From: Candidatus Bathyarchaeota archaeon
GTDB taxonomy: Archaea > Thermoproteota > Bathyarchaeia > Bathyarchaeales > Bathycorpusculaceae
DNA length: 64,000 nt
Direction of reading: 5' to 3'
Assembly: GCA_963702095.1 (NCBI GenBank)
Contig: OY969706.1
Location: 2,080,001-2,144,000, forward strand
Shown here: piece after piece, positions 50,499 through 60,606 of the stretch
Layout of the letters: every line of letters starts with the position of its first letter
How positions within the stretch are numbered: the first letter of the stretch is position 1
Position numbers and translations under genes: made by a program
The notes under the pieces: model-generated
Seen by the model: the letters and a program-made list of their open reading frames with translations, nothing else
The model's database searches: none
What the model was told of the DNA's origin: nothing

Positions 50499-50757
50499 AC
50501 ACTTACATGACGAACTCAAATGCCACGTCTCCGTTGAAGACGCCAAAGTGCTGCCGCAACTCATCGACAACACTTCCTTGGTTATCGGTGCTCCCGTCAT
50601 TAAAGTTAAAGATAAAAGGATGGTTAAGGCAAAAATGACCCCTAAAAAAACCAAACTTGACCGAGCCACAAGCAGCCTCTATGACCTCGAAGACAGCCAC
50701 GGCCCTGAAAAAACACTCAACATCGACTTGGGACTCTACCAAATGGAAGACTTCTAA
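50491..50757 (+). CDS. 88-aa protein resembling a degenerate FtsZ C-terminal region
   Basis: TTG start overlaps the RHH gene end. LVIGAPV...KMT and the tail LYDLE...PEK.L.IDLGLYQMEDF. FtsZ similarity is from recall, not computed. Confidence 0.55.
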   Translation: MTKHLHDELKCHVSVEDAKVLPQLIDNTSLVIGAPVIKVKDKRMVKAKMTPKKTKLDRATSSLYDLEDSHGPEKTLNIDLGLYQMEDF

Positions 50758-50827
50758 GCCTTCCACCCCAACAGTTTTTGTTAAGTTTAGAAAAGCACTT
50801 ATTTTCCAGGTAACTGATAAGTTTGTT

Positions 50828-51538
50828 ATGAGTCCTCTCCTTGAGCAGGTCAGAGCAGAACTTGCCGCCAACACCGACCCGCAAACAAAAATGGGCGCCC
50901 AGCGTTATTTCAAGGAACCCATCAAAGTGTATGGCGTCAAAACCCCCTTGGTTGGGAAAATCGCCAAGAAGTATTTGCCTCAAACCAAAAAGTTAAGCAA
51001 AGAGGCGCTTTTGGGTTTATGTGAGGAGCTGCTTAGCTCAGATTACATGGAGGAAGCCTTCGTCGCCGCCGAGTGGCTGCCACATTACATAGACAAACTC
51101 CAAGCCAGTGACATACACACCTTCAAACGCTGGACAGAATCCTACATGGACAACTGGGCAAAATGCGACAGCTTCTGCAACCACACAGTGGGCGACCTCA
51201 TACAGAAGTGCCCCGAAGTCGCGGTGGAAGTGAAGAGTTGGGCGAAGAGTAGCAACCGATGGCTCAGGCGGGCTTCGGCGGTTTCGTTTATTGTGCCTGC
51301 GAAACGGGGCATGTTTTTAGAGATTTCGTTTGAAATCTGTGATGTGCTCCTGCTGGACGGCGACGATTTGGTGCAGAAGGGTTACGGTTGGCTGCTAAAA
51401 GAGGAAAGCCGAGTCCACCAAAAAGAGGTTTTCGACTATGTGGTCAAGCACCGCAAAGAGATGCCCAGAACAGCATTACGCTATGCAGTTGAGTTGATGC
51501 CCAAAGAATTCAAAGCGGAAGCAATGAAAAAAGACTAG
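50828..51538 (+). CDS. DNA alkylation repair protein (AlkD-like HEAT repeat)
   Basis: YGVKTP, DNWAKCD, NRWLRR, DDLVQKGYGWLLKE, MPRTALRYA.E. Confidence 0.9.
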   Translation: MSPLLEQVRAELAANTDPQTKMGAQRYFKEPIKVYGVKTPLVGKIAKKYLPQTKKLSKEALLGLCEELLSSDYMEEAFVAAEWLPHYIDKLQASDIHTFKRWTESYMDNWAKCDSFCNHTVGDLIQKCPEVAVEVKSWAKSSNRWLRRASAVSFIVPAKRGMFLEISFEICDVLLLDGDDLVQKGYGWLLKEESRVHQKEVFDYVVKHRKEMPRTALRYAVELMPKEFKAEAMKKD

Positions 51539-51584
51539 CTGCGATGCCTCCTCTTTCCCCTCATCTCTCAGTAATCAAAAGTTG

Positions 51585-51770
51585 TTTGCTGGTTGTTTGT
51601 TCATTCTTTATGTGGGTGTGGCGGTTACGGGGTGCCACAAGAATGCTTGAGGCGGCTGCTTTTTTGGTTTGCATTGTTTTTAGGCGTCTGTTTCAGTGTG
51701 GGATATGCATTTCTTCCACACGCCCTACATGGTTCCATGTTGAAACCGTCAGGGTGTGGATGTGAAACAA
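51585..51770 (+). repeat. Repeat family A, copy 4
   Basis: First 152 bp identical to copy 3. Tail atgttgaa.ccgtcagggt matches copy 1. Confidence 0.92.
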
Positions 51771-51900
51771 TATGGGAACCTCAAAAGCCCAAGCGGTCTC
51801 TACCAACTGGGGCAGCAATCCTTTAACGCTTGTTTTTTTCCGGGTAGACAACCCCCGACAATTTTAAATAAGGATAAAGGGTAAAGTTTTATGTCGATTT

Positions 51901-52470
51901 TTGGAGCCCGAGCCAATGAAAGTGGAAATTGCAGCAAAAAACAGCCTATACCCATTGCCCACCGTTTTAGCCGGAGCATTAGTTGCAGACAAACCCAACT
52001 ACATTGCAATAGCACACGTGGGCATAATTTCGCCGGACACCGTGTCTTTGGGCATGAACAAAACACACTACACTAACCAAGGCATAAAAACCAACAAAAC
52101 CTTCAGCGTAAACATCCCATCCGTCAAACAAATAAAAGAAACCGATTATTGCGGCTTAGTCTCGGGCAGAAAAGTGGACAAAGCAGCCCTGTTTAAAACC
52201 TTTTATGGCAAACTAAAAACTGCTCCCCTAATTGAGGAATGCCCCCTAAACATGGAGTGTGAACTCGTACAGACAATTGATTTTCCAGAGCACGATGTTT
52301 TTGTGGGCAAAGTCGCCGCTACCTACTGCGAAGAATCCATCGTCGCCCAATGCGCTGTAGACATTGAGAAGTTGCAGCCAATCCTGTTTGCCATGAACGA
52401 CCGCAGTTACTACGGCGTAGGCAAGAGGTTGGCAAGGGCTTGGGATGCTGGGAAAGACCTGAACAAATAG
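51901..52470 (+). CDS. Flavin reductase-like protein (flavoredoxin family)
   Basis: LYPLPTVL, FSVNIP, DYCGLVSG, APLIEECPLNMEC, HDVFVG. Confidence 0.9.
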   Translation: MEPEPMKVEIAAKNSLYPLPTVLAGALVADKPNYIAIAHVGIISPDTVSLGMNKTHYTNQGIKTNKTFSVNIPSVKQIKETDYCGLVSGRKVDKAALFKTFYGKLKTAPLIEECPLNMECELVQTIDFPEHDVFVGKVAATYCEESIVAQCAVDIEKLQPILFAMNDRSYYGVGKRLARAWDAGKDLNK

Positions 52471-52572
52471 CTAAACTAACGTTTTAGGGTTCATCTCTCC
52501 CTTAGGGAAATCGACAAACGTACATAATCTATATAAAGTATGTTTTTTTTCTTCGAAATAGGTGCAAACCAG

Positions 52573-52983
52573 ATGTCATATAACCTGCAGAGTGGTAAAA
52601 CCTTTGAGGAAACAGTTGAAACATTATTCAAAGTCATGGGCTACAATACCAAACCCAAAACTGTACTGCATACTCGATCGGCACACATTAGTGCAGTAAT
52701 GCATCATCCGAAAGGAAAACAGAAACTACTCATAGAATGCCAAACTAACGAGGAACCCATAAGCATCCATGATGTGCAACAATTCTGCTCCAAAGTTGCT
52801 CACGCCAGAGAAAAATCAGAGGCGGATACCGGGGTGCTTGTTTCAACCACCGGTTTCAGCGATGAAGCAGTCGCATGGTGTACCAGCAATTGCTCATTTG
52901 TCCAGCTCAAGACTTACAGAGAAGTGATTTCAAAGACAAGCAACATTCAAAAACTGCTACGAAAGTTCCCACAGTTTTCTTAA
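52573..52983 (+). CDS. Mrr-cat restriction-endonuclease-fold protein (degenerate active site)
   Basis: G..FEE.V..LF..MGY, IECQ, DVQ.F, G.LVST.GFS..A. The canonical D and K appear replaced. Confidence 0.75.
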   Translation: MSYNLQSGKTFEETVETLFKVMGYNTKPKTVLHTRSAHISAVMHHPKGKQKLLIECQTNEEPISIHDVQQFCSKVAHAREKSEADTGVLVSTTGFSDEAVAWCTSNCSFVQLKTYREVISKTSNIQKLLRKFPQFS

Positions 52984-53534
52984 CCCCATTTATTAATTTG
53001 GTAAAAGAGGGTTAATTCCTCTTTCGTTATCCCTGCTTTCTGTAGCGTGGCAACGCAGTTTCGGTATTGCCTTGCTGTAAACTGGGCTTGTCTGATTGGC
53101 TGAGTCGTGAAATGGAGTGTTTTTTCTGTGGCTTTGCCCTTCTTTAATGCAGCAAGCTGTGTTTTGAATCTGTTTAGGGGTTCGCAATCGATTGTTTGCA
53201 TGCCAAAAAGTGTGTTGGGGTATTGTCGGCAGCCGTCAGGGCGGATTTCATAGATAGAACAGGTGTTGCCACTTAGGAATGGGCAGGGAGTATGGGTTAT
53301 GCGGTGCTCGTATTTTTCTGGGTCAGCCTCCCATAGCGTTCCTAGTTCTTCGTAGAGTGCATCAGCTTTGGCTTGGGCATCTGGGTTTTTTGGTTCAGTT
53401 TTGATTTTACCTGCAATCAAGAAATCGTCTAATGTGCAGCATACGCCGCATTTGTTGCAGAGAAAGGGCAGGTTGATTGACCATTTTCCGTTTTTGGCTT
53501 TGAATTCTAAATGGGCATAAACTGTCTCAATCAC
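52980..53534 (-). CDS. YkgJ-family cysteine-cluster protein
   Basis: CNKCGVCC, CPFL...CSIYEIRP.GCRQYP. Confidence 0.85.
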   Translation of the reverse strand: MIETVYAHLEFKAKNGKWSINLPFLCNKCGVCCTLDDFLIAGKIKTEPKNPDAQAKADALYEELGTLWEADPEKYEHRITHTPCPFLSGNTCSIYEIRPDGCRQYPNTLFGMQTIDCEPLNRFKTQLAALKKGKATEKTLHFTTQPIRQAQFTARQYRNCVATLQKAGITKEELTLFYQINKWG

Positions 53535-53635
53535 AATGGATCAGCAACAGGTTATGTGTATCTCACTTTCAAGTTTTTCCCTAAGAAACCTACTAATTTA
53601 AAAACGATCTTGTGCTAGAATAACTTTTGTTAGTT

Positions 53636-55588
53636 ATGACTATTAACGGCGCCAATTTACTCGAAGTCCTCAACAGAATCAAAGACAACATCGTTGCCCT
53701 CGACAACGACTACGTTATCACTTATGCTAACCCAGCGTTTGGCGAATTATTCGACGTTAAGGTCTCAGAGATCATTGGAAAAAACATTTGGAAGATTTTA
53801 CCCAAAGATGTAGAGGAAGTCGTTCACGATAAAGTTGTTGAGACCGTAGAGAAAAAAGAGATCACACTGTTTGAATGGGAAGGGGTATTCTCTGGCAGAT
53901 GGTGGGAAACCACAATTTACCCTTCTGAAAAAGGCATAACAGCCATTACCAAGGATATAACAAAGCGCAAAGAAGCCGAAGAAGCGCTAATCAACACAAA
54001 AAAAGAACTTGCCACAATTCTAGAAAATATCGATGACGGATTCTTTTCCTTGGATAAGAACTGGCGTTTTGTTTACATTAACGATAAAGCAGCCCGTAAT
54101 GTTGGTTATGAACCTGAGGATTTGGTGGGCAGGAACATTTGGGATTATTTTCCCAAGATTGCAAAAACAAACGCAGAAACACAATATCATAGAGCTATGG
54201 CAGAGAGAAAGACCCTGTTATTTCAGGAGCACGGCGTCTTAACTGACCGTTGGTATGAGGAAACCGTTTATCCGACCGCTCAAGGGATAGCTGTTTTTTG
54301 GAGAGATATCACAGAAAAAAAGAAAACAGAAGAAGCCATAGAAAAGCAAAGGAAACTCGGAGAAGCCATTAACCGAATCCTAGAAGAAGCGTTGAGCGCA
54401 GGAGATGAGGAAACTTTAGGCGAACTCTGTCTTTCTATCGCCGTAGAGTTAACAAATAGCAAAATCGGATTCATAGGTGAAGTTAACGGAGAAGGCTTGC
54501 AGGATATCGCTACCAGTAATCCAGGCTGGAACAATTGCTATGTTATAGCACCCGAAGGTCACCGGTCAAGGCCTGGCAGCTTAAAAGCACATGGTCTCTA
54601 CGGTAAAGTGTTAAAAGAAGGAAAAAGCTTCTTCACCAATGACCCCGCAAGTCACCCAGCGCATATAGGGTTGCCCACTGGTCATCCGCCGCTGACATCC
54701 TTCTTAGGCGTACCGCTCATTAACGAAGGCAACACAATCGGCATAATTGCAGTAGGTAACCATGAAGGCGGTTACACCCAAATTGAACTTGAAGATTTAG
54801 AGGCGCTGGCGCCCTCCATCGTGGAAGCTTTTTTACGTAAACGCGCCGAAGTAAAGCTTGAACAATACAGCAAGCACCTAGAAAGCTTAGTTGTGGAACG
54901 CAGCAGGCAACTGCAGGATAAGGAACGCTTAGCCGCGATCGGCGCCACCGCAGGCATGGTAGGACATGATATCCGTAACCCCCTGCAGGCGATTGTGAGC
55001 GATGTTTACCTGCTCAAAGAGTACCTTGAAACGATGCCTGAGATGAAAACCAAGTGTGATGTAACTGAAAGCCTCAACAGCATCGACCAAAACGTGGGGT
55101 ACATTAACAAGATAGTGGCTGACCTCCAAGACTACGCTAGACCCCTAAACCCTGAATACTCGGAAGTTGATTTGGCACAGTTAATCGGAAGCATCTTCAC
55201 CGTAATCCCCATACCCGACAACGTAAAACTATCGATTGATGTTAAAGAGTTCCCCAAACTATTAACCGACCCCATGTTCATCAGGCGGGCACTGACAAAC
55301 CTGGTGAATAATGCGCTTCAAGCCATGCCAGACGGCGGAAACCTGACGCTGGAAGGGACTGAACACGACAATCTTGTAACAATCACTGTTTCTGATACGG
55401 GCGTCGGCATCTCTGAAGGTGTGAAAACCAAATTGTTCACGCCTATGATGACGACTAAAGCGAAAGGGCAAGGCTTAGGTTTGGCGGTTGTTAAACGGCT
55501 GATTGAGGCTTTAGGCGGCTCCGTAACCTTTGAAAGCGAGGAGGGCAAAGGAACAACGTTTATTATCATTCTGCCCGCCAAACGCTAA
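53636..55588 (+). CDS. PAS-PAS-GAF sensor histidine kinase
   Basis: Two PAS domains, GAF (GLPTGHPPL..FLGVPL), H-box GHDIRNPL, N box, DTGVGI, GQGLGL. Confidence 0.95.
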   Translation: MTINGANLLEVLNRIKDNIVALDNDYVITYANPAFGELFDVKVSEIIGKNIWKILPKDVEEVVHDKVVETVEKKEITLFEWEGVFSGRWWETTIYPSEKGITAITKDITKRKEAEEALINTKKELATILENIDDGFFSLDKNWRFVYINDKAARNVGYEPEDLVGRNIWDYFPKIAKTNAETQYHRAMAERKTLLFQEHGVLTDRWYEETVYPTAQGIAVFWRDITEKKKTEEAIEKQRKLGEAINRILEEALSAGDEETLGELCLSIAVELTNSKIGFIGEVNGEGLQDIATSNPGWNNCYVIAPEGHRSRPGSLKAHGLYGKVLKEGKSFFTNDPASHPAHIGLPTGHPPLTSFLGVPLINEGNTIGIIAVGNHEGGYTQIELEDLEALAPSIVEAFLRKRAEVKLEQYSKHLESLVVERSRQLQDKERLAAIGATAGMVGHDIRNPLQAIVSDVYLLKEYLETMPEMKTKCDVTESLNSIDQNVGYINKIVADLQDYARPLNPEYSEVDLAQLIGSIFTVIPIPDNVKLSIDVKEFPKLLTDPMFIRRALTNLVNNALQAMPDGGNLTLEGTEHDNLVTITVSDTGVGISEGVKTKLFTPMMTTKAKGQGLGLAVVKRLIEALGGSVTFESEEGKGTTFIIILPAKR

Positions 55589-55672
55589 AGTCTCAGGCAC
55601 CCACAAACGGATTCTATTAATATGAGTGGACACCATTGAAACTATCAGAGATTTCGTGTAGAGGCTGAAGTT

Positions 55673-57090
55673 TTGACAGTAGGAATGCGGTCTTATGAGG
55701 TTACTCCCGAAGTTCCACACTCTTATAACCGCACGCTCTACCAGTATATTTACCGGTTTTTTCTTCTCCCACAGAAGGAACGGTTCGCTGATATTTCGAG
55801 AGATGATTTTTCAATCAGTTATACTGTTATAGATGCTTCACAAAAAAGAAGATTAGAAGTTCAAGTTTCAGGCAGCGACTACTTGAAGGTTTCTATTGAG
55901 CCATTGGTTGATTCTGTTTCTGACGACGAATTTGTAAGATCAAAAGAAGATATCGACATCGCTGTAAACATGTTCGAAGACCAAGTAAGAAAAAACAGTG
56001 TCTTCTTCGCGTGGAGAGAAGGCGAATCAGTTGTGCCTGAAAAGGTTTCAGGAAAAGAGAACAAATCTTTGCAACGCATTTTCTTGGAAACCCAAATCTT
56101 ACTCATAGCCGTCTTCATGACTGTTGGCATATTCCTATTCTTCCTCATAGGTCCCTTGGTTCCCATTGTTTTGCTTGCCATACAATTCGTGTTCGTTTTT
56201 TACTCAAACAAGATAATCTCTAGGGCAGCTGATTGGCACATTACCGAAAAAAACCCATACATCCACATACTCCAATATCCCCTCTCCGCGGGAATAGATA
56301 ATCCCAGTGCGAAATTATCTGATCAAGAGTTAGCGCAGTTGAAACAACAGATTTACAAAGAAACCATAGCTGAGAACGGAGAACTTGACTGCCAAAAAGC
56401 CCACAGCATATTCTCCAAATTCGGGATAAACTGCGACCCACAGAATTTGATTGCACGAAAAGTAAATGTTTACGATATCGTGAAGACAACAGCCGATAAA
56501 TTCGGTTATAAGGTGCCTGAGACAGTAGTTTCCAACACCCTCTTGCCCAACGCGGCGGCTTCTGGCCCAGCCCCAGCCGAGGCTTGGTTCTAATAACAAC
56601 CGGAACTTTTCTGCAACTCAACGACGAAGAAATCATAACGGTTCTGGGCGATGAATTCGGCCATTTGAAGGGACGAGACCCGCTTTGGCTGTATGGGTTA
56701 TCAGCGGTTCAGTATATCTTCTGGTTCTATGTCCTTTTCGCTTATATTCAAACCACCTCCTTCATTTTGATATTTATCTATTTGTGGGCGCTTCTGACGC
56801 TGACTTATTTCATCGCCAAATTCTTCGAGGCGAGGGCAGACTTGATCTCGGCGATGGTTATAGGGAAACCTAAGCTTCTGGCGGATTCATTGGAAAAGAT
56901 AGGTTTCCAGAGGCTGCTCTACGAGCGCGTGCCCGCTTTTCGTTTTCAAGAATGGTTAAGTGCGGATCCGCATCCGCCTATCTACTTTAGGATAGCGCGA
57001 CTAAGAGCGCTTCCCGAGCCATACACTGAAAAGCATCCGCTGATCAGATCGGCAAATGAAGTCATAAGGGGCTTCCTACACAGTTTTTGA
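55673..57090 (+). CDS. HtpX-like M48 membrane metallopeptidase with N-terminal extension (frameshift near 56575)
   Basis: PNAAASGP, LITTG, DEFGH in place of HExxH, E.RAD, HPP...R. Confidence 0.82.
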
Positions 57091-57219
57091 GCAAGCCGTT
57101 TGATTTAGGCAAAGCGCCGGGCGAATAGTAAGCTCTCTTTACTTGGTTTTGTGCTCCATCACTGCAAGGCTATGTTTATGGCTGTGCAGAATAAAGTGAA
57201 ATCAAAGGGTTCTTTGGTT

Positions 57220-57350
57220 CAGCTTGCGGATTTGTCCACAACCAGCCAGCAACCCAAATCCGTTGCAGAACACAAAACACAACCGTCTGCTAAGCCCACA
57301 GGAAGAAGATGAGTAAGGGCGCATTGCCCTCTTCTAATACTAGAAAAACA
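57220..57350 (+). repeat. Repeat family B, copy 5
   Basis: ccacaaccagccagcaaccc...ggaagaagatgagtaagggcgcattgccctcttctaatactag. Between convergent genes. Confidence 0.85.
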
Positions 57351-57363
57351 AACAACCCAAATA

Positions 57364-58107
57364 TTATCTACCGATAGTTGGAGGCACTGCGGCTTGGGCT
57401 GGGGGAGGCTGGATTCTAAAAAACGCCACTGCCAAGAGCAACCAAGCGATTTCCTGCACCACGGCACCTGGCAAAACCATGAGACTTAATTGATCATAAG
57501 TTATCAAATTGACATAAGCAAACACGCCGAAAACAACGCCGGATACAGCCATCAACAGACCGCCCGCCAACAGAACCTTAGCGGCAGTCCTAAACATTGG
57601 AACCCCCGATTTGCCGCCCAGCAGGTTGAAGGCAAGTACATCAAGCACGATGTTGATTAACGCAATAAAACCGAACACTGCCAGAAAAGACGCAAAGTAG
57701 GGCATTAATAGCGATTGAATTTGGCTCGATGAAGGCATGGAGGAAGCGGAACTTGGGAGGATGCTGGCAAAATAAACCAAGAAATATGCAATCATAACTA
57801 TCACGGCGACTATAGCGGCTACTATGCCGATGAGGAGCCCGTAGAGGACATAGTTGAAGATTCTGCGTTCACAGTAGTCTCTGGAGAACCCATACATTGC
57901 TACCAAGAACAGTATGAACCCGACAAACGCCAAGACGCCGACGGCGCCGGCGACCGCGGAAACTGCAAGGTCAGCAGCTAAGGATGTGGGATATAAGTAC
58001 CGAAATAGTGAAAGGGCGGTGCTGACGGCGCCGACCAGGGTGAAGCAGGCGCCTAACAAGCCCAAGGTTCGGTTACTCTGAATAGTCACGTTTAACACCC
58101 AAACCAT
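57364..58107 (-). CDS. DUF996-like membrane protein
   Basis: LG..GA.., VG.IL.L.A.YG.S..Y....IF, SG..F.TA, AW..L..AFF. Confidence 0.75.
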   Translation of the reverse strand: MVWVLNVTIQSNRTLGLLGACFTLVGAVSTALSLFRYLYPTSLAADLAVSAVAGAVGVLAFVGFILFLVAMYGFSRDYCERRIFNYVLYGLLIGIVAAIVAVIVMIAYFLVYFASILPSSASSMPSSSQIQSLLMPYFASFLAVFGFIALINIVLDVLAFNLLGGKSGVPMFRTAAKVLLAGGLLMAVSGVVFGVFAYVNLITYDQLSLMVLPGAVVQEIAWLLLAVAFFRIQPPPAQAAVPPTIGR

Positions 58108-58142
58108 GTATTATGCAGTGAAGGGATAAGTTTTTTGTTCAG

Positions 58143-59171
58143 TTACTGAGCAGAAGCTTTCTGGGCCTTCAAATCCACTTTGCCCACCCGCAGCTTATCC
58201 ACCTCAGCCCTCTGCGGCAACGTCACCGTAACGGCTTTGCCGAGGCTGGTTTTTCCGTATTTGACGGTGGCTTGCGGGGTTTTAGCGTCAGAGTAGAACG
58301 CTGTCAGTTTTGCCGCGGTCTCTATTGCAGCTTTGGTTTTGGGACCCTGAAGAAGCGTGACTGGGCCAACAACTACTGGCAATTCAAAATAGTAGTCGCC
58401 CGGCAGTTTGTTGGCGGTTAAGTACTGGTTCTCAGAGCGGTTTCTGCCCACGATGAATTTGTTTTCGCCGACTCGGAAATGCCTGCCCACGCGGAGCAGG
58501 TCAATGTCGGAGGCTGAGACACGTTTTTTATGCTCGAAGAGGTCCCAGAGTTTTTTGCTGTACTCCTCGCAGGTCAAAAGGCAACCGCCCGCCGGAGAAG
58601 GATACACTTTTATGTCGTATTCTTTGGCAAGGGCAAACTGGGGTTTACGAGACCGACCCTGAATACCCAAAAGTTTGCTGCGGTCAACATGCCCATTCTT
58701 CTCAGCCTCAGTCTGCGCCAGCAATTTCGCTGAGAGGGGACGCAAAAGTTTACCCTCTAAACCGGCTTCCTGCGCGATTGTTTTAAGTGCAGGTCCATGC
58801 TGTGACATGGGGCGTTCGCCTAAAACTTCGCCTGTAAATAGAAAGTCAGCGCCGATTTCCTTGGCGTATTTCTTGGCTTGTTTTAGGATGAAGATTTTGC
58901 AGTCGACGCAGGGGTTGAGGTTTTTTCCGTAGCCGTGTTTGGGGTGGCGGAGCATTGTGATGTATTCTTTGTCCACGCATTTGATTACGAGTGGGATTTT
59001 GAGTTGTGAGGCGGCTTGGGTGGCTTCGGTGGCGCCGTCTTTTTTGGGTATGCCAAAGGGGGTTTTAACGTTGAAGGCTATGACTTCTATGCCTTGGCGG
59101 CGTATGAGTTCAGTTGCGAGTATGCTGTCGAGTCCCCCGGAGAATAAGCTTATTGCCTTAACCTTCGCCAT
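58143..59171 (-). CDS. PP-loop tRNA thiolation-type protein (ThiI/MnmA-like with DUF814/NFACT-R C-terminus)
   Basis: SGGLDS, NPCVDC, GEVLGERPMSQ, PAGGCLLT, GRHFR, GRN..EN. Confidence 0.85.
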   Translation of the reverse strand: MAKVKAISLFSGGLDSILATELIRRQGIEVIAFNVKTPFGIPKKDGATEATQAASQLKIPLVIKCVDKEYITMLRHPKHGYGKNLNPCVDCKIFILKQAKKYAKEIGADFLFTGEVLGERPMSQHGPALKTIAQEAGLEGKLLRPLSAKLLAQTEAEKNGHVDRSKLLGIQGRSRKPQFALAKEYDIKVYPSPAGGCLLTCEEYSKKLWDLFEHKKRVSASDIDLLRVGRHFRVGENKFIVGRNRSENQYLTANKLPGDYYFELPVVVGPVTLLQGPKTKAAIETAAKLTAFYSDAKTPQATVKYGKTSLGKAVTVTLPQRAEVDKLRVGKVDLKAQKASAQ

Positions 59172-59365
59172 AACAGTGACTTAGGCTGACCACACAAATA
59201 ATAATGTAACTGTCCACTGCAAAAAAAATGCGAATGGAAGACAAAAAAAAAGGCGCTAACAGCAGGTTTGTTCATTCAAAGCGACTTGGCACTTACCTGA
59301 TACTAGAATAATTTAAAAAGCCTCTTGCGAATTACTCTTACTTTGAAGGCTTCAGGGACAAACAA

Positions 59366-60475
59366 ATGGACATCAGCATTTTCATTCCCGTTTACAAGGA
59401 ATCAAGCCAAGTAGAGGGCTTACTCAATAAGCTCTGTCCCCAGAACGTCAGTAAAGAAGTCTTCGTCACCGTAGACGCCCCAACCGAGGATTTCCAGAGG
59501 AAAATTAAGCAACTGCAAAGAGAAAACGTCCACTTCATAGTTAACTATGAACGCACAGGCAAAGCCAACTCCCTAAATGCGGCGGTACCCCAATCAACCG
59601 GCACAGTGCTGCTTTTTCTGGATGCAGACGTAGGTGTCCCAGACGACCCTGACTACCTCCGCAGAATCATCATGGAAATGCAGCATAACGACGTATTAGA
59701 CATCAAAAAACAGGTTATCAAAGACAAATCCTTCCTCTCAAAAATGGCCTACTACGAATACCTTACCTTTAACATAAGCGCATGGCTTGCATCCCGATAC
59801 ATGCACAAATGCCCAGCCGTCAACGGTGCAGCATTTGCTATCAGGCGGGAGATGTTTGAGAAAATAGGCGGTTTCCGCAAAGTCGTCGCCGAAGACATCG
59901 ACATTGCAACCCGCGCTTTCCTCCAGGACAGTCGCTTCGCCTACATTCAAGATGTGGAGGTACAGAATGTGGTGTTTGGCGACTGGAAAAAATGGTTTAC
60001 CCAGCGCCGGAGATGGGCAATTGGGCAGGCGCTTTGGCTCAAAGACTGGTATAAACAGTTAATCAGCCGTTTTATCAAAAAACCTCAGGTGTTCTTGCCA
60101 AGCCTGTTTTTCCTCTACCCGTCAGTTGCAGTGTTCTTTTTGAGTGCGGTGGTTCCTAGTCTCTGGATGTATAATGGGCTGCTGTTTTTCTCGCTTCTGC
60201 TCTCAGTTAAATTCAACATTGCCTTGCCCATCTTTTTGGTTTCGTTAGGAACGGCGGACATACTTAAAATTCTGCTTATTTCTATGTCAGGCTTCGCCAT
60301 AACAGCCGCGGTTTTCTATGGCTTCTCACGCAAGCTGGGTTTCAACGACTTTAAAATCCACGAACTCTTCGTCTATTATTTCCTCTATTCCTCAGTTTGG
60401 ATGATAATTATCGTAATTGGACACATTCAAGTGTTGGTTATGCGTAAAAACTCGGGGCCAGACTGGAAAACATAG
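59366..60475 (+). CDS. GT2 processive-type glycosyltransferase
   Basis: IPVYKE, GKA.SLN, DAD, AED, QRRRW, C-terminal TMs. Confidence 0.92.
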   Translation: MDISIFIPVYKESSQVEGLLNKLCPQNVSKEVFVTVDAPTEDFQRKIKQLQRENVHFIVNYERTGKANSLNAAVPQSTGTVLLFLDADVGVPDDPDYLRRIIMEMQHNDVLDIKKQVIKDKSFLSKMAYYEYLTFNISAWLASRYMHKCPAVNGAAFAIRREMFEKIGGFRKVVAEDIDIATRAFLQDSRFAYIQDVEVQNVVFGDWKKWFTQRRRWAIGQALWLKDWYKQLISRFIKKPQVFLPSLFFLYPSVAVFFLSAVVPSLWMYNGLLFFSLLLSVKFNIALPIFLVSLGTADILKILLISMSGFAITAAVFYGFSRKLGFNDFKIHELFVYYFLYSSVWMIIIVIGHIQVLVMRKNSGPDWKT

Positions 60476-60606
60476 ACGGTCCAAAACGTTTTTTCAGCAT
60501 TTAATGGGCACTCTTTTCAGCCAATAGGAACCACCCCTTTTGCCCTTGCTTTGATAAGGCTTAATAGTTTCTTATACGGTGTAACATCAATTATACGTGA
60601 TTTGGC

